NCBI GenBank assembly: GCA_965215305.1
Contig: OZ244041.1
Coordinates: 3,486,283-3,550,282 of the forward strand
Length of the DNA: 64,000 nucleotides
Source of the DNA: Alphaproteobacteria bacterium
Lineage (GTDB): Bacteria; Pseudomonadota; Alphaproteobacteria; Bin95
Reading direction: 5' to 3'
Part shown: positions 1-10,044 of the stretch, piece by piece
Position numbering within the stretch: position 1 is the first letter of the stretch
Layout: each line of letters begins with the position of its first letter
The notes under the pieces: model-generated
The model's input: only the letters and a program-made list of their open reading frames with translations
Told to the model about the DNA's origin: nothing
Databases searched by the model: none
Made by a program: the position numbers and the translations under genes

Positions 1-80
1 AGGCTCGGCGGATAGACAGGCGCGGTTCTCTCAGGCATCGTCGGACATCTAGGGATATGCGGGTTCGGGAGGCACGGATC

Positions 81-404
81 ATGGCCGAAAAGCTCACCGG
101 TAGCGAGCGCCGCAAGGCGTTGGCGGCGCTTGAAGGCTGGAGCGAGGTCGAGGATCGGGACGCTATTGCGCGCAGCTTCCGGTTCGAGGACTTCACCGGC
201 GCCTTCGCCTTCATGGCCCGCTGCGCGCTCGCCGCCGAGCGCATGGACCACCATCCCGAATGGTTCAACGTCTATAACAGCGTCGAAGTCACTCTCGCCA
301 CCCACAGTGCCGGCGGGGTGACCGAGCTCGATGTGCGGCTCGCCTCGTTCATGAACGGGGCGGCGGCGGCAACCGGCTCCGTGGACGACGGCAGCCTGCT
401 CTAA
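81..404 (+). CDS. phhB: Pterin-4-alpha-carbinolamine dehydratase
   Basis: Family motif AERMDHHPEWFNVYN..V.LATHSAGGVTELD. Start placed at ATG 81. Confidence 0.93.
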   Translation: MAEKLTGSERRKALAALEGWSEVEDRDAIARSFRFEDFTGAFAFMARCALAAERMDHHPEWFNVYNSVEVTLATHSAGGVTELDVRLASFMNGAAAATGSVDDGSLL

Positions 405-529
405 AAGCACGATCCCGGCGCGGTGAAGGGGCTCGCACGAACAGCCCCGATTGCACGTGCGGCGACAATACTGCGGCGGTCGTCCGTGATCGTGGCGACC
501 GGCGAAACCGACGACAGCGGAGAGACGTC

Positions 530-1630
530 ATGGGCATTCACCGACCGCCCTTCCGTGCTGACCATGTCGGCAGCCTGCTGCGCCCGACCCGCGTCGTCGA
601 AGCGCGCCGCCAATGCCTCGACGAAAAGACCATGCCGGCTGACGAGCTCAGCGCGATCGAAGACGAGGCGATCGCCGACGCCATCCGCATGCAGGAGGAT
701 ATCGGGCTCAAGGCGGTGACCGACGGCGAATACCGCCGCCTGTTCTGGCATTACGATTTCATGGAAATGCTGACCGGCTTCGAGTTCGAGACGCGCGAGC
801 TCGGGGTGCGCCTCCCGCCGCTCTACCCGACGATCACGGCCCGACTCGACTTCCCCGACGACCACCCCATGCTCGACCATTTCAGGTTCGTGGCCGCCAA
901 CACGACTGCGGCACCCAAGATCTCGATTCCCGGACCGAGCTGCTGCCATTTCCGGCTCACGCCTGAGGACATCCATGTGCCGGAATACAGGGACGCGGAC
1001 CTGCTGTTCGCCGACATCGCGGCGACCTACCGGAAGGCCGTCGCGGCGTTCTACGACGCAGGCTGCCGCTATATCCAACTCGACGATATCTTCTTCGCCT
1101 ATCTCTGCGACCCCAGGCACCGTGCCGCGAAGCGGCAGGAAGGCCACGACCCGGACCGGTTGATCGACCGCTATGCCTGGATGATGAACGAGGCGATCAG
1201 GGACCGCCCGGACGACATGGTGGTCGCGATGCATCTCTGCCGCGGCAATTTCCAGTCCACCTACGCAGCGGAAGGCGCCTACGATCCCGTCGCCGACGCG
1301 GTGTTCAACAGGACCGGGGTCGATATCTTCTTCATGGAATACGACACCGAGCGCGCCGGTGGGCTGGAGCCGCTCCGCCTGCTCGCCAAGGGCCGCCAGC
1401 GCGTCCTGCCGGGCTTCGTCACCACCAAGACGCCGGAGCTGGAGAGCACGGACGACCTCAAGCGGAAGTTCGACGAGGCTTCACGATATGTCGATCTCGA
1501 CCAGCTCGGCATCGCACCGCAATGCGGCTTCGCCTCCACCGAACACGGCAACAGGATCGGCTATGACGACCAGCGCCGAAAGCTTGAACTGGTGGTGACG
1601 CTGGCGGAGGAAATCTGGGGCGGGGTTTAG
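530..1630 (+). CDS. Cobalamin-independent methionine synthase II family protein (MetE C-terminal-like, Zn)
   Basis: PFRADHVGSLLRP N-terminus, TDGEYRR, Zn ligands HLCRGN / MEYD / PQCGFAS. Confidence 0.88.
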   Translation: MGIHRPPFRADHVGSLLRPTRVVEARRQCLDEKTMPADELSAIEDEAIADAIRMQEDIGLKAVTDGEYRRLFWHYDFMEMLTGFEFETRELGVRLPPLYPTITARLDFPDDHPMLDHFRFVAANTTAAPKISIPGPSCCHFRLTPEDIHVPEYRDADLLFADIAATYRKAVAAFYDAGCRYIQLDDIFFAYLCDPRHRAAKRQEGHDPDRLIDRYAWMMNEAIRDRPDDMVVAMHLCRGNFQSTYAAEGAYDPVADAVFNRTGVDIFFMEYDTERAGGLEPLRLLAKGRQRVLPGFVTTKTPELESTDDLKRKFDEASRYVDLDQLGIAPQCGFASTEHGNRIGYDDQRRKLELVVTLAEEIWGGV

Positions 1631-1684
1631 GCCCATCCGTCACCGGCCGCGGGGCGGCAGTCGATTCGGTCGGGCCAAAGCCGT

Positions 1685-2713
1685 CTAGCGGACGTAGAGG
1701 CGGACCTCCTCCACATCCGCGTCGCTGTCCGCCCGGGTCGCGATCCGCAACCGGGACGCCGCGACGCCCAGGCGGCGGAGGCTCCTGTGGACCTTGTCGG
1801 CATAGTCCGCCGCAGCGGCCATACTGCCGCCCGGCGACACCCCGACGACCTCGAAGGTCGTGCCGGGCCGACGGTCGAGCACCTGCTGCACGGCGGCCGA
1901 CAGGGCGTCCTCGAAAGCGACATTCGGGTTGTCGAAGCGGACGACCGCCAGCGGTCTCTCCTCCGCCGCCCGCGCGGAATAAGGACCGCTCGCCACACCG
2001 TCCTCAAGGCTGCCGGCGTCGATCGCCTCGGCCAGCAGCGCCAGTTCGCGCCGTTCAGCCGTGACCAGCCGACCCTGACGCTGTGTCGCCGCCGAGATAT
2101 CGTCAAGAAGCCGCGTCACGGTGACCGCCATATGCGCCGCCCGGTCGCCGATCGCGCGCAGCGCCCGGTGGTCTTCCTCCACCGCGCCGGACAGCTCGAA
2201 GGCGTTCAGCACCGAGTCGTTGAGGAAGGCGGCCCTCGAATCGGCCTCGGCGGTCCGCGTCCGCAGCACATCCCAGGCGCCGACATCGCGGTTCATCGCC
2301 GCCAGCATCGACTGCGCAGTATTCCAATCGGCCCTCAGCCGCGGATTGGCGCGCGTCGTCCCGATCTTGAGGCGCGCCTCAATGCCGCCGACGCGTCCGT
2401 GGTAGCTTTGGGCGCGCTGGCGGGCGCCGTCCCTGAGACTCGCATGGGCCTTCTCCAGGCCGCCGATCACTTTCGCGAGCGCATCCGCCTCACCGGCGAG
2501 CTGGCGGACTTTGCCGACGACGAAGCTTTCCCCGCCCTGCCGGGGCGCGGCCGCCTGCCGGACCGCCGGGGCCGGCGCTTCGCGGACAGCTGGCGCCGCC
2601 GGAGCCGCAACACGAGTCGAACCAGGCGGCAGGCCGGTATTGGGGTTCACGCATCCCGCAACAACCAGAAGCCCGCCCAGAAGGAGGGCGCTCGCGCCTG
2701 CCCGTTTAAGCAT
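1685..2713 (-). CDS. Hypothetical lipoprotein, coiled-coil with OmpA-like C-terminal domain
   Basis: Signal peptide with lipobox (LLVVAGC), Ala/Pro linker and long helical region. The C-terminal alpha/beta domain (VVRFDNPNV...FEVVGVS...RLGVAASRL...EEVRLYV) resembles OmpA-C. Start inferred at MLKRAG. Confidence 0.65.
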   Translation of the reverse strand: MLKRAGASALLLGGLLVVAGCVNPNTGLPPGSTRVAAPAAPAVREAPAPAVRQAAAPRQGGESFVVGKVRQLAGEADALAKVIGGLEKAHASLRDGARQRAQSYHGRVGGIEARLKIGTTRANPRLRADWNTAQSMLAAMNRDVGAWDVLRTRTAEADSRAAFLNDSVLNAFELSGAVEEDHRALRAIGDRAAHMAVTVTRLLDDISAATQRQGRLVTAERRELALLAEAIDAGSLEDGVASGPYSARAAEERPLAVVRFDNPNVAFEDALSAAVQQVLDRRPGTTFEVVGVSPGGSMAAAADYADKVHRSLRRLGVAASRLRIATRADSDADVEEVRLYVR

Positions 2714-2822
2714 AATGTTCCGCCTGAAACGCCATCGGTTTTCGCCCTTTGCAAGACAGTAGCGCGTTATGGCAGCTTCCGCCAACAAGTTATCCAAAGG
2801 AGGCCGGCGTTGGCGGCAAGGC

Positions 2823-2851
2823 TTGCGCAGGCGGCGGCCGACAGCTAAATT
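2823..2851 (+). promoter_or_regulatory. Sigma70-type promoter of tRNA-Arg
   Basis: TTGCGC-N17-TAAATT ending 16 nt upstream of the tRNA. Confidence 0.6.
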
Positions 2852-2867
2852 TGGCCCGTCTCGAACA

Positions 2868-2944
<77 letters not shown>

Positions 2945-3013
2945 GATTTTCCTTTCATGCTGAGGAAACCGTCCGTGGCGACCGCCGGGCGCGGGCGGTC
3001 CGGGCGAGGACTT

Positions 3014-4633
3014 ATGAACGAAAGAGACCTTGATGTTGCGATCGTCGGCGCCGGCGTCGGCGGCCTCTATGCGATCCAGCGGCTGCGGCAATCGGGGTTC
3101 CGGGTGCGCGCCTTCGAAGCGGGCGGCGGGCCCGGCGGCACCTGGTACTGGAACCGCTATCCCGGCTGCCGCTGCGATGTCGAAAGCCTGGAATATTCCT
3201 ATTCCTTCTCGGACGACCTGCAGCAGGACTGGCGCTGGCCCGAGCGTTACGGCACCCAGCCGGCGATCCTCTCCTATGTGAACCATGTCGTGGACCGCTT
3301 CGACCTCCGGCAGGATATCGAGCTGAACACGCGCATCCGTTCCGCGCATTTCGACAGCGAGGCCGGCCTCTGGACGCTGGAGGCGGAGAATCTGGAGACC
3401 GGCGCCGTCCGGTCGGTGCGCGCGCCCTTCTGCATCATGGCGACGGGCAATCTTTCGACGCCGCGCACGCCCGATTACCCGGGGCTTGAGAGCTTCCGGG
3501 GCCGTTGGTACCACACCGGCCTCTGGCCGCATGACGGCGTGGACTTCACGGGGCTGCGTGTCGGCGTCATCGGCACGGGCTCGTCCGGCGTGCAGTCGAT
3601 CCCCCACATCGCGCGCGAGGCGAAGCATCTGCATGTCTTCCAGCGCACCGCCAATTTCAGCCTGCCGGCGCGCAATGAGCCGATGCCCGAGGACAAGGAA
3701 AACCGGCACAAGTCGGAATATGTGGAGCGGCGGCGCGCCGCCTATACGACGCCTTTCGGCATTGCCGGCTACCCGCCGCCCGACAGGTCGGCGCTGGAGG
3801 TTTCCGAGGAGGAGCGCGACCGCATCTACGAGGCCAAGTGGCAGGAGGGCGGCAGCATCAGCTTTCTGTACGCCTTCAACGACCTGCTGGTGAACAGGGA
3901 GGCGAACGAGACCGCCGGCGAGTTCGTGCGCCGCAAGATCCGCGAGACGGTGAAGGACCCGAAGACGGCCGCGCTGCTCTGCCCCCACGACCATCCGATC
4001 GGCACCAAGCGGCTGATCCTCGACACGAATTACTACGAAACCTACAATCGCGACAATGTGACGCTTGTCGATGTCCGCAGTGCGCGGATCCGGGAAATCC
4101 TGCCCGGCGGCCTCAGGACCGACGAGGCCAGCTACGAACTCGACGCCCTCGTCTTCGCCACCGGCTTCGACGCGATGACGGGGGCGATGAAGGAGATCGA
4201 CATCCGCACCGACCAGGGCGCGGTTATCGGCGAGAAATGGGCGGACGGGCCGCAAACCTATCTCGGCATCATGGTCGCGGGTTTCCCCAATCTCTTCATG
4301 GTCACCGGCCCGCAAAGCCCCGGCGTGAAGAGCCAGATGATCCTGTCCTGCGAACAGCATGTGGACTGGATTACCGACTGTCTGGAGCATCTGCGCGCGG
4401 AGGGGCTCGGCCGCATCGAACCGGAGGAAACCGCCGAACGCGCCTGGGTGCGGCACAACAACCAGGTGGCGGACAGCACACTCTACCCGCTCGCCAACTC
4501 CTGGTATGTCGGCGCCAACATCCCCGGCAAACCGCGTATTTTCATGCCCTATGTCGGCGGGGTGGACCGCTACAAGCAGCGCTGCGACAGCGTGGCCGCA
4601 AACGGCTACCAAGGCTTCCGCACCGCCGGATAA
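3014..4633 (+). CDS. Type I Baeyer-Villiger monooxygenase (CHMO/PAMO family)
   Basis: GAGVGG, GGTWYWNRYPGCRCD, BVMO fingerprint FRGRWYHTGLWP, second Rossmann motif GTGSSG, ATGFDA. Confidence 0.93.
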   Translation: MNERDLDVAIVGAGVGGLYAIQRLRQSGFRVRAFEAGGGPGGTWYWNRYPGCRCDVESLEYSYSFSDDLQQDWRWPERYGTQPAILSYVNHVVDRFDLRQDIELNTRIRSAHFDSEAGLWTLEAENLETGAVRSVRAPFCIMATGNLSTPRTPDYPGLESFRGRWYHTGLWPHDGVDFTGLRVGVIGTGSSGVQSIPHIAREAKHLHVFQRTANFSLPARNEPMPEDKENRHKSEYVERRRAAYTTPFGIAGYPPPDRSALEVSEEERDRIYEAKWQEGGSISFLYAFNDLLVNREANETAGEFVRRKIRETVKDPKTAALLCPHDHPIGTKRLILDTNYYETYNRDNVTLVDVRSARIREILPGGLRTDEASYELDALVFATGFDAMTGAMKEIDIRTDQGAVIGEKWADGPQTYLGIMVAGFPNLFMVTGPQSPGVKSQMILSCEQHVDWITDCLEHLRAEGLGRIEPEETAERAWVRHNNQVADSTLYPLANSWYVGANIPGKPRIFMPYVGGVDRYKQRCDSVAANGYQGFRTAG

Positions 4634-4694
4634 GCCGGACGGGCGACCGGGCCGTCCCGGCGCGCAACGCCGGAAGAGCCACGCAGCAGGGGGA

Positions 4695-6761
4695 ATGTCC
4701 GGATGGCGAGGTCGAACCGTGATTAGGCCTGGAGGCGGGTCCTGGATCGTCGGGGTGGATGTCGGCGGTACCTTCACCGACTTCTCCGCCGTCAATGACC
4801 GCACCGGCGAAACGCATGTCTTCAAGCGCCCCTCGACGCCGGACGACCCGAGCCGCGCCATCCTGGAAGGCATAAGGGAGATGGCGGACGCCTCGGGGAT
4901 TGCGCTGGGCGAGGTCTCCCGCCTCGCGCATGGCACGACGGTCGCCACCAATGCGCTGCTGCAGGGCAAGGGCGGCCAGGTGGCGCTGGTGACGACCGAG
5001 GGCTTCCGCGACCTGCTGGAGATCGGCCGGCAGGTGCGCCCGCATATGTATGATTTCCGCCGCACATGGCCGGCGCCGCCTGTGCCGGCGGAACGGCGTT
5101 TCGAGCTGGCCGAGCGCATGGATGCAGCGGGCGAACCGCTGCGCGCGCCGAGCGCGGCCGCCATCGATGCAGCCGTCGAGGCGGTGCGCGCGAGCGGCGC
5201 GGAGGCCTGCGCGGTCTGCTTCCTGTTCGCCTATCTGAACGGCGCGCATGAGCAGGCCTTTGCCGATGCGCTCCGCGCGGCGCTGCCGGCGCTGCATGTC
5301 TCGCTCTCCTCCGAGGTGCAGCCCGAGTTCCGCGAATTCGAGCGCTTCTCGACCACGACCGTGAATGCCTGCCTGCAATCGGTGATGGACCGTTATCTCG
5401 GTCGGCTGGAAGATGGGCTGTCCGAAGTCGCGCCCCGCGCCGCGTTCGGCATCAACCAGTCGAGCGGCGGGCTGATGTCGGTGGCGCGCGCCCGCGCCTT
5501 CCCGGTCCGCACCGCCCTGTCCGGGCCGGCGGCGGGCGTTGTCGGCGCGATTCACGCCGCCCGCCGCGCCGGCTTCGGCGAGCTCGTCACGCTCGACATG
5601 GGCGGCACCAGCGCGGACATGGCGCTCATCCGGGGCGGCGAGGCGGATATCGCCTATGAACGCGCCGTCGCCGGCTTCCCCATCCGGCTGCCGCAGATCG
5701 ACATCGCGACCATCGGCGCCGGCGGCGGCTCCCTCGCCTGGTTCGACCGCGACGGGCTGATGAAGGTCGGCCCCGGCAGCGCCGGCGCGGACCCCGGCCC
5801 CGCCTGCTACGGGCGCGGCAATACCGAGCCGACGGTCACCGACGCCAATCTCCTGCTCGGGCGGCTCAGCGCGCGTGGCCTGCTGGACGGCAGCATGCGC
5901 CTCGACGAGGCAAGGGCCCGCACCGCCTTCGAGCCTGCCGCCGCGCGCCTCGGCCTCTCCGTCGAGCGCACGGCGGAGGGCGTGCTCGATATCGTCGCCG
6001 CCAACATGATCCGCGCGATCCGCACCGTCTCGGTCGAGCGCGGCCACGACCCGCGCGGCTATGTGCTGGCGGCCTTCGGCGGGGCGGGGCCGCTGCATGC
6101 GCGCGATGTGGCCGCCGGCATCGGCATGCGTGAAATCCTGGTGCCGCCCGCGCCCGGCATTGTGTGCGCGGAAGGACTGCTAGTCTCGGACCTGCGCGAG
6201 ACCTTCACCCGCAGCGAGCGCATCGCCGTGGCGCCCGAGGCGTTCCCGCGCATCGCCGCCATTCTGGAAGAACTGGAAGACCGGGCCCGGCGCTGGTTCG
6301 CCGGCGAAGCAGGCGCGGAAGACCGGCGAACGGAAGTGTCACTCGACATGCGCCATATCGGGCAGAATTTCGAGCTCGCCGTGGCACTGCCGGAAAGGCT
6401 CGACGATCTGCGCGACCGGTTCCTCGACGCGCATGAATTCGCCTATGGCTTCCGCAACCCGGAGGACCCGGTGGAAATCGTCAATCTCAGGCTGACGGCG
6501 AAAGCCCGCCTCTACCGCGCGCCGGAGACCCGGCTGCCGCCCGCCGACGGGCCGCCCGCGCCGAGGGAGCGCCGGCCCGTGCGCTTCGCCGGCCAGGCGT
6601 TCCCGGACACACCCGTTTATGACCGCGCCCGGCTCGGCGCCGGCAGCCGTATCGCCGGCCCGGCCGTTATCGAGCAACTCGACGCCACCGCCATCGTCTA
6701 TCCGGGCGACACGGCTGCGGTGGACACGTTCGGCAACCTCACCATCCGGATCGCCGCATGA
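4695..6761 (+). CDS. Hydantoinase A / 5-oxoprolinase-family ATP-binding subunit
   Basis: GVDVGGTFTD, HGTTVATNALL, SGPAAG, DMGGTS, IGAGGGS, SAGADPGPACYG. Start uncertain. Confidence 0.92.
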   Translation: MSGWRGRTVIRPGGGSWIVGVDVGGTFTDFSAVNDRTGETHVFKRPSTPDDPSRAILEGIREMADASGIALGEVSRLAHGTTVATNALLQGKGGQVALVTTEGFRDLLEIGRQVRPHMYDFRRTWPAPPVPAERRFELAERMDAAGEPLRAPSAAAIDAAVEAVRASGAEACAVCFLFAYLNGAHEQAFADALRAALPALHVSLSSEVQPEFREFERFSTTTVNACLQSVMDRYLGRLEDGLSEVAPRAAFGINQSSGGLMSVARARAFPVRTALSGPAAGVVGAIHAARRAGFGELVTLDMGGTSADMALIRGGEADIAYERAVAGFPIRLPQIDIATIGAGGGSLAWFDRDGLMKVGPGSAGADPGPACYGRGNTEPTVTDANLLLGRLSARGLLDGSMRLDEARARTAFEPAAARLGLSVERTAEGVLDIVAANMIRAIRTVSVERGHDPRGYVLAAFGGAGPLHARDVAAGIGMREILVPPAPGIVCAEGLLVSDLRETFTRSERIAVAPEAFPRIAAILEELEDRARRWFAGEAGAEDRRTEVSLDMRHIGQNFELAVALPERLDDLRDRFLDAHEFAYGFRNPEDPVEIVNLRLTAKARLYRAPETRLPPADGPPAPRERRPVRFAGQAFPDTPVYDRARLGAGSRIAGPAVIEQLDATAIVYPGDTAAVDTFGNLTIRIAA

Positions 6762-8344
6762 CCGCCCTCGACCCTATCGGCCTCGAAATCCTGGCCAACG
6801 CGCTCCGCTCGATCACCGACGAGACCTTCGCCGCGCTGATGAAGAGCGCCTATTCCACCAATATCAAGGAGCGGCATGACCATTCGACCGCGATCATGGA
6901 CGCGAGCGGCCGGCTGATCGCCCAGGCCGAGCAGTCGCTGCCGATTCATATCGCGTCCATGAGCGGGCTGATGGAATGCCTGCTGGCGCGCTATGGAGAC
7001 GATATCGAGGAAGGCGACATCGTCATCGCCAATGATCCGCACACGGCCGGCGGCACGCATCTTCCGGACATCAACATGGCCGCGCCCGTTTTCGCCGAGG
7101 GGCGCATCGTCGCCTGGGTCTGCAATATCGCCCACCACGCCGATGTCGGCGGCATGGCGCCGGGCTCCATGGCCGGCGGCATGTCGGAGATCTACCAGGA
7201 AGGGCTGCGCGTGCCGGTGGTGAAGCTCTTCCGCCGGGGCGAACTGCAAAGCGAACTGTTCGACCTCGTGCTGCTGAATGTGCGCCTGCCGAACGAGCGG
7301 CGCGGGGACTATTTCGCCCAGGTCGCGGCCTGCAATCTGGGCGTGCGGCGCATGGCGGAGACCATCGAGGCTTACGGCGCGAACACCGTGCTCGCCGCCT
7401 TCGAGGACATGCTGGCGCGCACGGCCGGCCGCATGGCGGATGCGATCCGCGCCATACCGGACGGCACATACCGCTTCGAGGACGTCATGGACGATGACGG
7501 GCTGGAGACGCGCGACATTCCCATCGTGCTAACCGTCAAGAAGGAGGGCGGACATGCGCGCTTCGACTTCTCCGGCACCGCGCCGCAAGTGCCGGGCAAT
7601 ATCAATGTGACCATGAACGCGACCGTGGCCGCCGTCACCTACACGCTCAAGGCGCTGCTGGACCCCGAAGTGCCGAACAACCAGGCGGTGATCGACTGCG
7701 TGGACATATCCGCGCCCCGCGGCTCGCTGCTCAACGCTGTCTTTCCCGCCCCGGTGGCGGCGCGGGCGCATACCTGCCAGCGGATCATCGATGTCGTGTT
7801 CGGCGCGCTGGCGCCGGCCATGCCGGACCGCGCGCCGGCGGCCGGCAACGGCGCCAACACCACCGCCGTCTTCTCCGGCATCGATCCCAGGACCGGCGAA
7901 GGCTATCTCTATCTGGAAACGCTCGGCGGCGGGGCCGGCGGCTGGCCGGGCGGGCATGGCAAGGACGGCGTGCAGGTCGGCATCACCAACACCTCCAACC
8001 TGCCGGTCGAGGCCATCGAGACCGAGTATCCGCTGCGCGTCGAGCGTTACGGCCTGCTGGAGGGCTCAGGCGGCGCAGGACAGTTCCGTGGCGGGCGCGG
8101 GCTGTATCGCGTGGTACGGCCGGTCGGGCATGACTGCCTCTTCAACGGCGCAGGCGAGCGTTTCACAAACTCGCCCTGGGGCCTCGCCGGCGGAGAGCCC
8201 GGCGGCCGCGGCCGGTTCGCGCGGCTCGACGCCGCCGGCACCGAAACCCCGCTTGAGACCAAGCCCTCCGGCATCATCTTGCGCGAGGACGAGCGCCTGC
8301 TTGTCGAGACCCCCGGCGCAGGCGGGTTCGGGTCGCCGCAGTGA
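6758..8344 (+). CDS. Hydantoinase B / 5-oxoprolinase-family subunit
   Basis: AYSTNIKERHDHS, NDPHTAGGTHLPD, HHADVGG, EIYQEG, TPGAGGFG. ATGA overlap with subunit A. Confidence 0.92.
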   Translation: MTALDPIGLEILANALRSITDETFAALMKSAYSTNIKERHDHSTAIMDASGRLIAQAEQSLPIHIASMSGLMECLLARYGDDIEEGDIVIANDPHTAGGTHLPDINMAAPVFAEGRIVAWVCNIAHHADVGGMAPGSMAGGMSEIYQEGLRVPVVKLFRRGELQSELFDLVLLNVRLPNERRGDYFAQVAACNLGVRRMAETIEAYGANTVLAAFEDMLARTAGRMADAIRAIPDGTYRFEDVMDDDGLETRDIPIVLTVKKEGGHARFDFSGTAPQVPGNINVTMNATVAAVTYTLKALLDPEVPNNQAVIDCVDISAPRGSLLNAVFPAPVAARAHTCQRIIDVVFGALAPAMPDRAPAAGNGANTTAVFSGIDPRTGEGYLYLETLGGGAGGWPGGHGKDGVQVGITNTSNLPVEAIETEYPLRVERYGLLEGSGGAGQFRGGRGLYRVVRPVGHDCLFNGAGERFTNSPWGLAGGEPGGRGRFARLDAAGTETPLETKPSGIILREDERLLVETPGAGGFGSPQ

Positions 8345-9138
8345 GCCCGGTCCGGGTCGAGCGGCGGGGCCTCGCCCTTCATATCCTGCTGACACGGCCC
8401 GAACGCCGCAACGCGCTGACCCGGGAGACGATGGAGGCGCTGCTTTCGGCCTTCCAGGACGCCCGGGCCTCGGACGCCCGCGCGGTTATTCTGCGCGGCG
8501 AGGGCGGGCAGTTCTCGGCCGGCGGCGACATGGCGATGCTGGGCGACATCCCGCCGGCAGCGGACCCGGACCCGCTTGTCCCTGTCTATCGCAAGATGGG
8601 CTATGTGCTGGAGCAGTTGAACGCCCTGCCCCAGGCCGTCATCGCCGTGGTCGAGGGCGCCTGCACGGGCGGCGGCCTCGGGATGGCCTGCTGCTCGGAT
8701 GTCGTGATCGTCGCTGAGGACGCGAAGATCGGCCTGCCCGAGGCGCGCGCCGGCTTCATCCCGGCCCAGGTCATTCCGCATATCGTGCGGCGCATGGGCG
8801 AGGGCTGGACCCGGCGGCTGGTCGCAACCGGCGCGATACTGGACGGACGCCGGGCCTTCGCCGACGGCCTCGCCCATATCCTCACCGCCGGACCGGAGGA
8901 GGCCGATGCGGCGCTGGCGGAGGTGCTGGAGCAGATCCGCCGCTCGGAGCCGAACGCGGTGGCGCAGGCGAAGCGCCTGGTCATCTCCGCCTCGGACCGG
9001 CCCGTGGACGAAACCCTGGACGACGCGGCCCGCACCATAGCCGCCCTCCTCCGCGCCCCCGCCGCCCGCGCCGGCATAGACGCCTTCCGGGAAAAGCGAC
9101 CGCCGCCCTGGGCAACACCGTCGCAACCCGAAGAGTAG
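8341..9138 (+). CDS. Enoyl-CoA hydratase/isomerase (crotonase family)
   Basis: RPERRNAL, FSAGGD, GACTGGG, GLPEARAG. GTGA overlap with the upstream gene. Confidence 0.88.
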   Translation: MSPVRVERRGLALHILLTRPERRNALTRETMEALLSAFQDARASDARAVILRGEGGQFSAGGDMAMLGDIPPAADPDPLVPVYRKMGYVLEQLNALPQAVIAVVEGACTGGGLGMACCSDVVIVAEDAKIGLPEARAGFIPAQVIPHIVRRMGEGWTRRLVATGAILDGRRAFADGLAHILTAGPEEADAALAEVLEQIRRSEPNAVAQAKRLVISASDRPVDETLDDAARTIAALLRAPAARAGIDAFREKRPPPWATPSQPEE

Positions 9139-9146
9139 CTATTTCC

Positions 9147-10034
9147 TCACCCCCGCCCGGCGATGCGGTCCGCCAGCGCGAGCGTGCGGCGGGCTTTCTC
9201 GACGATGGGGTAATCGACGAAATAGCCGTCCACCTGAATGGAAGCAGAGCCGGCGGCTTCGGCTTCGTCGAAGGCCGCAACGATGCGCCGGGCGCGCTCC
9301 GTCTCCTCCTCGGTCGGCGAGAAGGCGGCGTTGACCGGGCCCACCTGGGCCGGGTGGATGCAGAGCTTGCCCTGGAAGCCGAGCGCCAGCGCGCGCCGGG
9401 CCGAAGCCGCGAAGGCCTCGGTCTCGCGCAGTTCGATGAACACCGTATCGACCGGCGGCTCCAGCCCGCCCGCGCGCGACTCGACCACCATCGCCGCGCG
9501 CGCATGCGCCAGTTCCGCCTCGTCGAGCGACCAGCGCATCCCGACATCGAGCGTGTAGTCGCCCGCCCCGAAGCAGAGCCGCCGGAGCCGCGAGCGGCAG
9601 GCGGCGATCTCCTTTAGGTTCGAGACGCCGAGACCGGTCTCGACGATAGGCATGAGGTCTATGCTGCCGATCTCGAGCCCGGCCCTGCGCTCGAGCTGGG
9701 CGAGCGTCCAGTCAATGGTCTGCAGCATGGCCGCGCTTTCGAGCTTCGGCAGCACGATACCGTCGAGCCACGACCCGACGATCGCCTCCATGTCGCCGAA
9801 GCACCATTCGGTCTCGGCGGCGTTGACCCGCACGAAACCCTTGCAGGGCCGTGGCCGTTGCAAGGCGGCGACGGCAAGCGCGCGGGCGGCCGCCTTCTCG
9901 GCGACCGCAACTGCGTCCTCAAGGTCCAGGATCGCCGCGTCAGCCCCTGCCTGGAACACCTTTTCCGCCCGGCGGGCATGGTTGGCGGGCGCGAACAGGA
10001 AGCTCCGCCAAGGGCCGGTCGAAGGCCGGGTCAT
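9147..10034 (-). CDS. CitE/HpcH-HpaI family CoA-ester lyase
   Basis: RSFLFAPA, ILDLEDAV, VLPKLES, IVET, FGAGD, GFQGKLCIHPAQ. Confidence 0.9.
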   Translation of the reverse strand: MTRPSTGPWRSFLFAPANHARRAEKVFQAGADAAILDLEDAVAVAEKAAARALAVAALQRPRPCKGFVRVNAAETEWCFGDMEAIVGSWLDGIVLPKLESAAMLQTIDWTLAQLERRAGLEIGSIDLMPIVETGLGVSNLKEIAACRSRLRRLCFGAGDYTLDVGMRWSLDEAELAHARAAMVVESRAGGLEPPVDTVFIELRETEAFAASARRALALGFQGKLCIHPAQVGPVNAAFSPTEEETERARRIVAAFDEAEAAGSASIQVDGYFVDYPIVEKARRTLALADRIAGRG

Positions 10035-10044
10035 GGCACGCGCC

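Noticed and set aside
530-1630. Full-length MetE
   Set aside because: Only the single C-terminal Zn barrel (366 aa) is present and the folate-binding N-terminal half is missing, so the metE symbol was withheld.
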